A DNA stretch of 64,000 nucleotides, taken from Lingula anatina (taxonomy: Eukaryota > Animalia > Brachiopoda). Under the pieces are notes generated by a model that worked only from the letters and a program-made list of their open reading frames with translations, searched no databases and was not told the DNA's origin. A program made the translations under genes and the position numbers. The stretch lies in contig CM120641.1 in the NCBI GenBank assembly GCA_051362555.1, positions 31,688,401 to 31,752,400 on the forward strand, read 5' to 3'. This document shows positions 12,601 to 26,200 of this stretch, in pieces. Numbering within the stretch: the stretch's first letter is position 1; each line of letters begins with the position of its first letter.

Positions 12601-15600
12601 CTTCTCTGGCAATGCCACAAAGAGAACAGACGTCATCGTTCTCAATCCCTATAGTTTTTAAATATGACTTAACAGGCAGGAGCCTATGTATTATGCCACT
12701 GCAGTTTGGTGTTCTTTGTTGTTTCGAAACAGTTCTTATAGACATCTTTCCAGTGTACATCAAAATTTGACTTTGCGTTCCATTTTTTTTCATTTGTCAT
12801 TCGTGTAGCTGGCTTGTAGAGAGTTTGATAAAAGTCTCTACAGCCTTTACTATGTTTGATAAGAAGCTCTATTGCTTGAGGCAAAAATGGGTGAGAGGTG
12901 ATCTCAAGAACATCCTTTTGTGTTTTATTCATAAGCCTGTGCTTAATAGAATTTCGTACACTGTAAAACGTAAGCGCACCACAGTTTTGTAAGCTAAATT
13001 TTTGTTCAAATTCTTCCTTTGTTAAAATTCTGTTATTTTCAAGAAAATTGCCAACAATTTTGATGCCTTTGTTAAACCATTTTCTTATAAACACAGGCTT
13101 GCCTCCAATCTTAAAATTATCATTATACCAAATCGGCTCCACAGATATTATACTTTTTCTTTCTAGTAAGCGTGTTATCACTTCTTTCCAGGAAACCAGA
13201 ACATCTTTCCAAAAACAGTTACTACAGTCCTTAATAAGCTTGTCTAAATACGCATTCCCAAAAGCAAATATATAACTTATTACATCTCGATCAAAAATAG
13301 CTTGGAGAAGTGGAGCATATATGTTGTCTGTCTGATAAATTCTTCTAATCCAAGTACATTTAAGCAGGCCCGTAGCCAGGGGGGTTCGGGGGGTTAGAAA
13401 GAACCGCCCCTTTTGCTGGGAAAAGGTCCACTCTGGGTAAAATTTGATCTAGGTACATGATATTTTTTTGGAAAAAGGTCCACTTTTTCAGAAAACGAAC
13501 CCCCCTTTTGAAATTGCTGGCTACGGGCCTGTTTAAGAGAAGCAATTAAGTCAAATAAATAACATCTTAAGACTACCTTGTTCACAATTACCAGTTATTA
13601 CACTCCTTTTCACTTTTTCCTTCTTTTTGCCCCATATAAATTGAAAGAACATTGTGTTTAATGTTTTCATGTATGTTTCATCTGGATTGGGAAGGGAAAT
13701 GAATAGGTGGTTTAACATGGGTACAACAAGGGTTTTCAGTACAGTGATTTTGCCAATGGGTGTCAAAGGTCTCCTTTCCCATTGTTGCAACATTCTTTTA
13801 ATTTTACGATGTACTGTTCAAAATTAATTTTTATCATATCCTGCAAATTCAATGTAAAATTTTTATGAATAATCAAACATGACTTGATTAAGTTGTTCAT
13901 CAGTGTAATTTTACCTCAGTTTGCTACAGGTGACACCTTTTGGAACCAGCATGCATAATTGGGGGTGTTTGGTAAAATTGCTTTGTCATTCAACATTATT
14001 CTAAGAGATCAGGACACAGATCCCTGCAGTCAAGGAGAAGCAGTAATGGTGACTTGTATCAGATGCCATAACGCATGGATGGATCTGGCCTTAAAATATG
14101 GATAATGATACTAATAACCCTTAGCAAAGTGAAACATTTGCAGCAATATTGCAGTGCTACTCAACTAGTTAGCAGGAGTTTGCAAGAAAATTTTGTATTG
14201 GTGCTAATTTGCAGCAAATTTGCAAGAACATCTCAAATTAGCAGTAGGTTTGTAATGAAGTCTATGTTCTAGCAAATTTGCAAGGAAGTATTCATACTTC
14301 TGCATATTGGCAGCAAATTTGCTGCCAATTTGTGGCAAATAAGCAGCAAATTTGTGGGAAATTTGCAAGATTCTGAACTTCTTGCAAATTAGCAGCAAAT
14401 TTAAAGTGAATTTGAAAGAGTTTGCAGCAGGTCTGATTTTTTGCTAAGGGGATATATTGGATTTACAAGGCAGCAAATCTATCAAGTGTACAAACAAAAA
14501 AAGAAATAAATAATAGTACACAAAATAGGTTATTTTGTTAATTTTGATGCAATAATATATTATACTGAACAGCAAAATCTGTTAGTTATGCACAATAGAC
14601 AACATTTATATATTGGGAATATAACTAGGATGAGGCTTTAGGCTCATGGGAGTTCACATTCACACATTGGAAATGCCAGAAAGAGAAAAATAAAAATTTC
14701 ATGAAAAATTGCATAAATTCTGCATGACAATCCTATGAATCATGGCTGAAACTTAATAAAAAAAAAAACAAAAAAACAAAAAAACAAACAATGAGTAACA
14801 CAGTTATCTTTTTAAGGCAATTGTGGTGGCATTGCACCACCAATTTCAAATTATGTACTAAATGTAATAAGGATTTTCAAAAAACGTAACTACCATGTGG
14901 CTCTTCACATTGAAAGTGAAAGTGAAAAATGAAAATTTCGCAAAAAGACTTCCAGTGATCAATATTTCCTAATATTGATCACTCCTGTGATTCTCTAGAC
15001 AATAGGCCTATTGGTTTTCCTTGAAATGTGTTGTCAGTGTTGCATATATGCTGACAAAAGACAAAACCTAGGAGAAACACTGGGCATATCTCTGCTAGTT
15101 TTGAAGATATAAGGGGCAAAAAATAAACAAAGCTTAGTTCATGGTGAAAAAGTAGGTCAAAGGTCAATTTCAATGTCACAGTATATGACTTCCAATTCAA
15201 GTTCAATAGTAACCATGGGCATTTTTTTTGCCAATTTTGTAGATTTAAAGGCCAGAAAACATGCAAAAAGCATTTCATCATAAAAAGTAGGTTAAAGATC
15301 AATTTCAAGGTCACAGTTAGATAGCCAGTGTATGACTTCCTATTCAAGTTCAACAGCAACTTTGGGTGTATCTCTGCTGGTTTTTGAGATATAAAAAATA
15401 GAAAATTTGCAAAGATCAGTTCATGGTGAAAATTAGGTCAAAGGTTAATTTCAGGGTCACAGTTAGATTGCCAATATATGGGCGCATTCCCATAGATTTT
15501 ATATCTATCCCCGTGGAGAGTCTCACTAGATTACTGTCAGATAATCCAGCTTAAGTGTCTGTCCTGACTACTACAAGCTATAAGGGGGTAATTAACTTTT

Positions 15601-18600
15601 GTGCCTGCTCGGCTGACAGCTATTTAATGTGAACCCACAGGGTGTTAGGTCGATCTAGTTGGATCAATCTAATCTCTGGGAATGGGGTCTATGACTTTGT
15701 ATTCATGTTCAATAGTAACTATGGGTGTATCTTTGCCAGTTTTTGAGATATAAAGATCAGAAAATTTGTAAAGTGCAGTTTATCATGAAAAAAGGTCAAA
15801 GGTCAAGTTCAAGGTCACAGTAAGATTACCAGCATATGACTTCCTATTCAACTTCAATAGTAATCATGGACCTATCTCTGCCAGTTTTGGAGATAAAAAG
15901 GGAAGGAAAATTTGTAAAGTTCAGTTCATGGTGAAAAAGTAGGTCAAAGGTCAATTTCAGTGTCACAGTATATGACTTCAAGTTCAATAGCAGCCATGGG
16001 CATTTCTTTGCCAATTTTGGAGAGTTAAATGCCAGGAAACATACAAAAGGCAGTTCATCATTAAAAGTAGGTTAAAGGTCAATTTCAAAGTCACAGTTAG
16101 TTAGCCAGTGTATGACTTACTATTCAAGTTCAACAGCAACTTTGGGTGTATCTCTGCCGGTTTTTCAGATATAAGGGATAGAAAATTTGCAAAGATCAGT
16201 TCATGGTGAAAATAAGGCCAAAGGTCAACTTAAGGGTCACAGATTGCCAGTATATGACTTTGTATTCATGTTCAATAGTAACTATGGGTGTATCTTTGCC
16301 AGTTTTTGAGATATAAAGATCAGAAAATTTGCAAAGTGCAATTTATCATGAAAAAAAGGTCAAAGGTCAAGTTCAAAGTCACAGTAAGATTACTAGTATA
16401 TGACTTCCTATTCAACTTCAATAGTAACTATGGGCCTATCTCTGCAAGTTTTGAAGATAAAAAGGATGGATTTGCAAAGTTCAGTTCATGATAAAAAGTA
16501 GGTCAAAGGTTAATTTTAAGGTCACGCTTAGATAGCCAGCATATGACTTCCTATTCAAGTTAAATAGTAACTATGGGCATATCTCTGCCAGTTTTGGAGA
16601 TAAAATGGAACAAAAATTTGCAAAATTCAATTCATGATAAAAAGTAGATCAAAGGTCAATTTAAAGGTCACGAAAAATAAAAGGGAACAAAAATTTGCAA
16701 AGTTCAGTTTATGGTGAAAAGTAGGTCAAAGGATGGATTTAAGGTCACAGTTAGATTACCAGTATATAACTTCCTATTCAAGTTAAATAGTAACTATGGG
16801 CGTTTCTTTGCCAGTTTTGGATATAAGGGACTTAAATGTTGCAAAGTTCAGTTCATGGTGAAAAGTAGGTCAAAGGTCAATTTCAAGGTCACATTTAAAT
16901 TGCTAGTATATGACTTCCTATTCAACTTCAATAGTAACTATGGACTTATCTCTGCCAGTTTTGGAGATATAAGGGACTAAATGTTACAATTTTGGAGTTA
17001 CAATACTGTGCCATAAGTATCCTACAAAAGAAACTATAGGATCAGAGAGGCGATACCGCCTCCGAATATTGTACCACCAGCTGGGGTAAGTGCGATCGTA
17101 TAGACCCCCACACACACAAAAAAGGGACACCACCACCAGTCTTGTGCTTGACAAGCTGTGAAAAATGCAATCAACAAGAATTCCCAAAATATGCAAAAAA
17201 AATATATAACTAAAAATGGTACAATCAAAGTTCAGTTCATAGTAAGGTAGGTCAAAGGTCAATTTCAAGGTCACAGTAAATTTCCAGTATATGACTTCCT
17301 ATTCAAGTTCAATAGCAACTATGGACCTATCTCTGCCAGTTTTGGAGATAAAAGGGAACCAAAATTTGTAAACTTCAATTCATGATGAAAAGTATGCCAC
17401 AGGTCAATTTCAAGGTCACACTTAGATTGCCTCTAATGACTTCGATTCAATTTCAATAGTTAATATAGGCGTATTTTTGCCAGTTTTGGAGATAAAAGGG
17501 AACCAAAATTTGCAATGTTAAGTTCATGGTTAAAAGTAGGTCAAAGGTCAATTTTAAGGTCACAGTAAATTGCCTCGTATGACTTTCTATTCAAATTCAA
17601 TAGTAACTATGGGCCAATCTCCTCCAGTTTTGAAATTAAAAGCATTAAAAAGTTGCAAAGTTCAGTTTATGGTGTAAAGTAGGTCAAAGGTCAATTTCAA
17701 GGTCACATTTAGATTGCCAGTATATCACTTCCTATTCAAGTTCAATTGTAACCATAGACCTATCTCTGCCAGTTTTGGAGATATAAGGGACTAAATGTTA
17801 TAATTTTGGAGTTACAATAATGTGCCATAAATTTCGTGCAGAAAAATTAATTAAAATAAAGAAAAGGTCATTTTGGTCAAAATTCTTGAAATGGGAGGTG
17901 CGCTGAAGTTCCAGATGTTCAAATTTGCTGAAATAATGTCAATTTTGACCACAAGTTGTCTGCCTCGCCAAGCCTTATGTTTTATTTTTCCGGAGTTCAA
18001 AATTTATTATCCATTACCGTACTGCACATTTTGCTTTCACCACCAATATGTACTTTTTGATACAGCGTAACTCGAAAACCGTATGGAATACAAAAAAACC
18101 GAGACCACCCCCAGTGTTGGGCTTTACATGCTCTACAAAATGCAAAAAAGAATGGGTCTCTAGCATTAACGGTTCCCGAATTAGAGACAGTTTTCAGTTT
18201 CGGTATCTTATGGCCGCTACTCCCATGAAAATGCACCGATTGACCCCAAATTCACGGAGATGAAAGATGACCCGAAGGGTAACACTTTCCAATAATATTA
18301 TTGGTTAAGTCTGTGTGATGTCTGAATAACAGGGCAAATAATTTTTTTTCATAAAAAAATGTTTTTTTGAAAACTTTGGCCCGTTTGACCTTGAAATAAA
18401 GGTCAAAGGTCAAATCCAAGGGCATATTTGAAATCTACACATATGACTTTTGGAAAGCCATCTGTAGAAATTTTTCCCATAATTCCTTCCATAGGGTAGA
18501 TAATTAGCATTTAATTTTGCCATTTTTAGACAAGGGTGCACTGCAATGAGTGCCACACCTAGACCCCAATACCGACAAAGCCCAAATTTTACGTAGAACG

Positions 18601-21600
18601 AGTTAAGATTATAGGTGACCTAAATCCAAGAGATGGGTACAGAGGCCCTTACCGTCTAGGAGGAGAAGCGGTAACGGTAGCCGTCGGGTGGAGCCGCAGG
18701 AGCTAACGCTGGTGGTACAATTAATTGAAATAAGCTAATACTGATGATAAGAAAATGAAACTAGTATAAGGCTTCAGGCACATGAGAGTTCAAGTGCACA
18801 CTTTGACAATGCCAGAATGAGAAAAAATGAAAAAATTCACAAAAAGATTGGTTTTCCAACTCAAGCTGTATTTCAGTCCTATGTTTCTATTCTGTAAGTT
18901 TGAAAATAGTAAGTGACATGGTTTTCCTTTTCCTCATTATGACGGCAGTACAGACATTTTTCAGACCATTGAAAATACTTGTAATATGTGCCCTATATCC
19001 TTTTTTTTTTTTTTTTCAGAAGAACACAGCAAGGACTAAAGCTGCCAAATAAAAAAGGATATTTAGCAAACAGATAACATTAAGCAGTATGACTAAAAGC
19101 AAACACCTGACTTCAGTATTTTATCTTACTTGGTCATGCATCAATTTGATACAAATATTCTCATTATTTAGAAATAATAGGTACATGATATGAAAACATT
19201 GCAGTCAATTTGTTTTGAAATATATGCTGATATAAAATATAACAAGGCAGCAAAGCTGTCAAATGTATAGCCAAAAAGCAGAAAATAAAGATGCATAAAA
19301 TAGGTCATTTTGTCAATTTTCATGCAATAATAAATAATGCTTATATCTGCACAGTCAATCAACACTGAATTTTAATCATGCATAACAGGAAACATGGCCA
19401 ATAAGATTACAGTTTCAGAACCATGAGAGTTCAAATTCACATGAAGAAAATCCCTATGTGTGAAAAATGATGACAGTGCATAAAATACCTTTACATAATG
19501 TTTTAAGACATAAACACCAATAGTATTGCTTATTTGGAAATACAGAAAATGTATATCAGGTAGATGGGAGTAAAAAATCATCTTGAAAATGCCAGTGTTT
19601 GAAAAAAAAAAAAAAACATAACAAAAAATATTCTGATAAAGCTGTCATTCAAACTTTTAATCTAGCTGTATTAAGACGATATGAATAACCCCATTGAGTT
19701 TGAGGATAATGAGGCATTGTTATTCATCTATAGCATTAATGTTAACATTGCACAAAATAATTTTTTTTTTGTAAACTTATTTGCAATATTAAACAACATT
19801 CACCTGGATTAAAGGTCAATTTCAAGGTCACATTTAGATTGCCAGTATATCACTTCCTATTCAAGTTCAATAGTAACCATAGACCTATCTCTGCCAGTTT
19901 TGGAGATATAAGGGACTAAATGTTATAATTTTGGAGTTACAATAATCTGCCATAAATTTCGTGCAAAAAAATTATTTAAAATAAAGAAAAGGTCATTTTG
20001 GTCAAAATTCTTGAAATGGGAGGTGCTCAGAAGTTCCAGATGTTCAAATTTCATGAAATAATGTCATTTTTGACCAGAAATTGTCTGTCTCACCAAGCCT
20101 TATGTTTTATTTTCCAGAGGTTCAAAATTTATTACATATTACCGTATTGCACATTTTGCTTTCACCACCATCATGTACTTTTTGATACAGCATAACTCGT
20201 AAACCGTATAGAAATAAAAAAACGGAGACCACTTCCAGTATTGGGCTTGCCATGGTCTACATAATGCAAAAATAGCATTAACGGTTTCTGAATTAGAGAC
20301 AGTTTTCAGTTGCGGTATCTAATGGCCAATGCTCCCGTGAAAATGCACTGATTGACCCCAAACTCACGGAGATGAAAGATGACCCGAAGGGTAACACCTG
20401 CCAATAATATTATAGGTTAGGTCTGTGTAGTTGTTGAATATCAGCATTTTAAAAAAAATTTTGGGCCGTTTCTCCTTGAAATAAAGGTCAAAGGTCAAAT
20501 CCAAGGTTATATTTGAAATCTCCACATATGACTTTCAGTCAGCCGTCTGTAGAACTTTTTCCCATAATTCCTTCAGTATGGTAGCTATATAGCATTTAAT
20601 TTTGCCAATTTTAGACAAGGGTGCATTGCTACCAGCGCCACACCTAGAACCCAGCACTGACGAAGCCCAAATTTTACGTGGAACGAGTTGAGATTATACG
20701 TGACCTAAATCCAAGAGATGGGTATGCAGTGCCTACGCTGGTGGTACAACAAGGCAGAGCAAATCTGTCAACTGTACAGACCAAAAGCCGAAAATAATAA
20801 TGCACACAAGAGGCTACTGTTAATTCTGAAATACATTATGCTTAACTGCAAAGTCAACATCAGAGAGGGCCCATGAGAGCTCAAGATGGCACCTTGAAAA
20901 TGCCAGAATGAGAAGATGTAAATTTCACAAACAACTGCATAAATTCAATATAAAAAAAAAAAAAAAAATCCAATAGAGCTGGTTTTCTAATGTGAGTTGT
21001 GTGTCAATCCTAAGAATCATTCTGGTAAGGTAAAAAAAAAGTAACAGTTTTCTTTTCACATTTGTTGTGGCAGTGCACAAAGTAGGTTTTTGTGTCAATT
21101 TTGATACATTATTACGCCTCTGGTCGAATGAAGCCAAGATTTAATTACTGTGCCCCTGCAGAGATGACACTTTGGGAGGCATTTGAGAGGCGGAGAGACT
21201 ATTACAGCATTAAGCGGTCTTCCTTTCATGTAGGATCCACCATTTTTGATCCTTGGACCAGTTGATACTCGGATATTCTATTCTGAATGGCTTAAAATAT
21301 GACAGACCCTACATGGAAGGAAAGCCAACTAATCCGCTGATGGTCTCCCCGCCTCTACACATGCCGTCCTTGCAACAGTCTAGCAATTAAACCTCATAGA
21401 TGTGATTTAATCTGTTTAATGGTGCGTGTGGAGGTGCTGAGACCATCAGCAGATACTCTTTTTTCAAGTAGGGTCAGCCATATTTGATCCATGGATCAGA
21501 AGATCCTTAGATCTATTCTGAATGGGCTCAAAACTGAATTTTGAGCCAATTTGTTAATTTTTATGTGCTAGATTATCCTAAAAGGAATTACTTACAGAGA

Positions 21601-23209
21601 AAACACCTCTCACCACCCAGCCATGATAGGGTTTGAGGCTACGTTCATATGCTTTGGTTGCTGCCTTGGTAAGGTCTTGTTCTCCAGAGACAAGTTCTCC
21701 GAGAAACTCCTTGATAAAATGAAGAGCCCTGAAACAGAAGAAAAAGGAAAGGGCTTAACATAATGCCACACATTGCTACATTGTGCTATATATTACAATC
21801 TGAGACCTAGCATTAAAGCTGACAAACATGAAAACACAAAATAATAATAATAAAATTTAAAATATAATAGAATAAATAAAAACACAGACATAAAGCTGAA
21901 AATAATGATGCACAAAATAGGTTTTGTCAATTTTGAAGCAATATTACAGTATAACATTACAGTAGCAATGTTTAACAGTATAATCACCACTGACATAAAT
22001 TATGTAGTAATACAGATGTACACAAGGCAACAAAGCTGTCAAATGTACAGATAAGAAGAAAATAATGATGCACAAAATAGGCTACTGTCAATCCTAATGC
22101 AATATTACATTATGCTTAAAAGCAAAGTCAACAACAAATTTTAATTATGCACAACAGCTAATACTGATGATAAGAAAATGAAACTAGTATAAGGCTTCAG
22201 GCACATGAGAGTTCAAGTGCACACTTTGACAATGCCAGAATGAGAAAAAATGAAAAAATTCACAAAAAGATTGGTTTTCCAACTCAAGCTGTATTTCAGT
22301 CCTATGTTTCTATTCTGTAAGTTTGAAAATAGTAAGTGACATGGTTTTCCTTTTCCTCATTATGACGGCAGTACAGACATTTTTCAGACCATTGAAAATA
22401 CTTGTAATATGTGCCCTATATCCTTTTTTTTTTTTTTTTTTCAGAAGAACACAGCAAGGACTCAAGCTGCCAAATAAAAAAAGGATATTTAGCAAACAGA
22501 TAACATTAAGCAGTATGACTAAAAGCAAACACCTGACTTCAGTATTTTATCTTACTTGGTCATGCATCAATTTGATACAAATATTCTCATTATTTAGAAA
22601 TAATAGGTACATGATATGAAAACATTGCAGTCAATTTGTTTTGAAATATATGCTGATATAAAATATAATAAGGCAGCAAAGCTGTCAAATGTACAGCCAA
22701 AAAGCAGAAAATAAAGATGCATAAAATAGGTCATTTTGTCAATTTTCATGCAATAATAAATAATGCTTATATCTGCACAGTCAATCAACACTGAATTTTA
22801 ATCATGCATAACAGGAAACATGGCCAATAAGATTACAGTTTCAGAACCATGAGAGTTCAAATTCACATGAAAAAAATCCCTATGTGTGAAAAATGATGAC
22901 AGTGCATAAAATACTTTTACATAATGTTTTAAGACATAAACACCAATAGTACTGCTTATGTGGAAATACAGAAAATGTATATCAGGTAGATGGGAGTAAA
23001 AAATCATCTTGAAAATGCCAGTGTTTGAAAAAAAAAAACATAACAAACTAGAGGATCAGAGAGGCGATACCGCCTCTGGATATTGTACCACCAGCTGGAG
23101 TAAGCGCATTCGTATGCCCCCCCCCCCACCAAAAAAAAATTGGACACCACCACCAGTCTTGTGCTTGACAAGCTCTATAAAATGCAATAAACAAGAGTTC
23201 TCAAAATAT

Positions 23210-23244
<35 letters not shown>

Positions 23245-26200
23245 AAAAAACATAACATAATGGTCCAATCAAGGAGATGTTCAAATTGACCTGTATTTTC
23301 CTAACACTGATCACTCCTGTGATTTTCTAGACAATAGGCCTATTGGTTTTCCTTGAAATGCATTATCAGTATTGCATATACCGGTATGCTGACAAAAGAG
23401 AAAACCTAGGGACAACACTGGGCAGATCTCTGCTAGTTTTGAAGATATGAAGGGCAAGAAAATATGAAGAGTTCAGTTTGTGGTAAAAAGTAGGTCAAAG
23501 GTCAATTTCAAGGTCACAGTATATGACTTCCTATATAAGTTCAATAGTAGCTATGGGCATTTCTTTGCCAATGTTGGAGATATGAAGGCCAGGAAACAAG
23601 CAAAGTGCAGTTCATCATAAATAGTAGGTCAAAGGTCAATTTCAAGGTCACAGTAAGATTGCCAGTATATGACTTCCTATTCAAGTTCAATAGTAACTTT
23701 GGATCTAACTCTGCCAGTTTTCGAGATATAAGGGATAAAAAAATTTGCAAAGTTCAGCTTATGTTGAAAAGTAGGTCAAAGGTCAATTTCAAGGTCACAA
23801 TAAGAATGCCAGTATATGACTTCCTATTCAAGTTTAACAGTAACTATGGGTGTATCTCTGCCAGTTTTGGAGATATAAGGGATGGAAAATTTGCAAAGTT
23901 CAGTTCATGGTGAAAAGTAGGTCAAAGGTCAATTTAAAGGTCACAGTTAGATTACCAGTATATAACTTCCTATTCAAGTTCAATAGTAACTATGGGCGTA
24001 TCTTTGCCAGTTTTGGAGATATAAAGATCAGAAAACTTCAAAGTGCAGTTCATCATGAAAAGTAGGTCAAAGGTCAATTTCAAGGTCACAGTTAGATTAC
24101 CAGTATATGACTTCCTATTCAAGTTCAATAGTAACTATGGGCATATCTCTGGTAATTTTGGAATATTTAACATTTTCCCCACTAAATATTGCGATGTTGT
24201 AATTTTTGATATAGCGCAATGCCTAAACCATATCTAAAACAAAAAAATGGACACCACCTCCAGTATTGCACTTGACAAGTTTTACAAAATGCAATGAACA
24301 AAAGGTCTCTGGCATTTACCATTCCAGAATAAAAGCAAGTTTTCAGTTTCGGTATCTAATGGCTGCTTCTCCCGTGAAAATGCACCGATTGACCCCAAAC
24401 TCCCAAAGATGAAAGGAGTCCCCAATTGTAACCCCTCACTATAACAGGAGAGCTTAGATCTGTGTAGTTTCCAAAAAATAGCACAAACAAATATTTTTTT
24501 GCAGAAAATTCCCATTTTTAGAAAATTTTGGCTTGTTTGACCTTGAAAAAAAGGTCAAAAGTCAAATCCAAGGGCATATTTGGAATCTCCACATATGACT
24601 TTCGGTCAGGCTTCTGTGGTAATTTTTCCCATAATTCCTTTGGTTTGGGAGATATTTTGACAAGGGTGCGTTTCAACAAGTGTCATGCCCAGGCCAATGC
24701 ACCGACAGAGACAAAAAAACCAGGGTGTTCAAGTTGAGATCATATGTGACCTAAATCCAAGAGATGGGGACACAGGTCCTGGCGGTATAGGAGGAGAAGC
24801 GGTAACGGTGACTTGTTTCCGGCGCCCGACTGCGGAGCCGCAGGAGCCGGCGGAGCTGTACGAGACGGGTCGGGACTAAAACCATGAGTACCGCCAGCGT
24901 ATACGCTGGTGGTACTAAAAATATTCTGATCTAGCTGTATTAACAAGATATGAATAACCCCATTGAGTTTGAGGATAATGAAGCATTGTTATTCATCTAT
25001 AGCATTAATGTTAACATTACACAAAATAATTTTTTTTTGTAAACTTATTTGCAATATTAAACAACATTCACCTGGATTATGATCACTGATTCCTTATTAT
25101 GTGACACTGTTTATTTAGACTTTTATAAAATGTATCTGGTAAAAAGCTTAAGATATGGGAGTTTACAGGGAAATCTCAACATGTGTGTTTTATGTAATCT
25201 CATTTAATGGCCACTTGAAACTTAATTAGGCAAGTGACTTAATAGCTCTGAACTTAGCTAGTGATTACCCAAGGGACAATTACAAGGGACTGACCACATG
25301 ATTGAATCTGACGAAGTGATACAGTGATATGACATACAGTGATATGAGTTTATTTCCATTTTTGACACTTTATTACACAATACAAGATAACAGGTTTACC
25401 ATCATTTTTATATAATCAACAAACAATATTGTAATGACGCAGAAAAATGCCAAAAGAACACTTTCACATATCTAATTAGTTCAATAATGAGACTGTTAAC
25501 ATGCCTAAGAATCAAATCTGATGCAAAACCAGTTATATATATATATATATATAAAGCCTAACTTATATATATATATATATATATAAAGCCTAACATGCCT
25601 AAGAATCAAATCTGATGCAAAACCACTTATATATATATATATATATAAAGCCTAACTTCATCAAAACTGGACTGATCAAGCTGACTTTCAAACTCAATCT
25701 GTATTTTAGTAAGATTGATCACTCCAGAGGTTTTCAAGACAAAAGCCCAATTTGTTAATTTAGAAACTTGTTATCAGTTTTTAATATATGGTGAAAAAAG
25801 CAAAAGAACAGCATAACTTTTGTACAAGTGGTCTGATCAAGCTGATTTTCAAACTCGGCCTGTATTTTAGTGAGATTGATCACTCCTGTGAATTCCAAGA
25901 CAATACCCAGCAGGCATAGTTGCGTTGGATCAACGTTGAAAACAGGTTGATATGTTGAATTGCCAACAACATAATTTGCCCGCTGGGTAGGTCAATCGTT
26001 TTTCCTTCAAATGTGTTATCAGTGTTGCATATATGCTGAAAAAAGAGAAAACACAGCATAACTTTGAAAAAATGGCCCGACTGTGCTGATTTTTTAACTT
26101 GACCTATGTTTTATGCATATTTATTAGTTATGTAAATTTCAAGCCAAAAGGTAAAATGGTTTTCCACTTATCATGTTATCGGTGCTGCATATATGCTGAA

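Larger units (their letters stand above)
9576..13859 (-). mobile_element. 5'-truncated Tx1/L1-clade LINE interrupted by a HINE and a MITE
   Basis: ORF2 remnants (WERRPLTPIGKITVLKTL, FFQFIWG, CSLC...HFFQC zinc finger, FVILCTKFYIYK), microsatellite-rich 3' UTR, AATAAA running into a ~44-nt poly(A) (T-run 9576-9619), candidate TSD tttttatgaat at 9566-9576 and 13860-13870. Confidence 0.85.
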
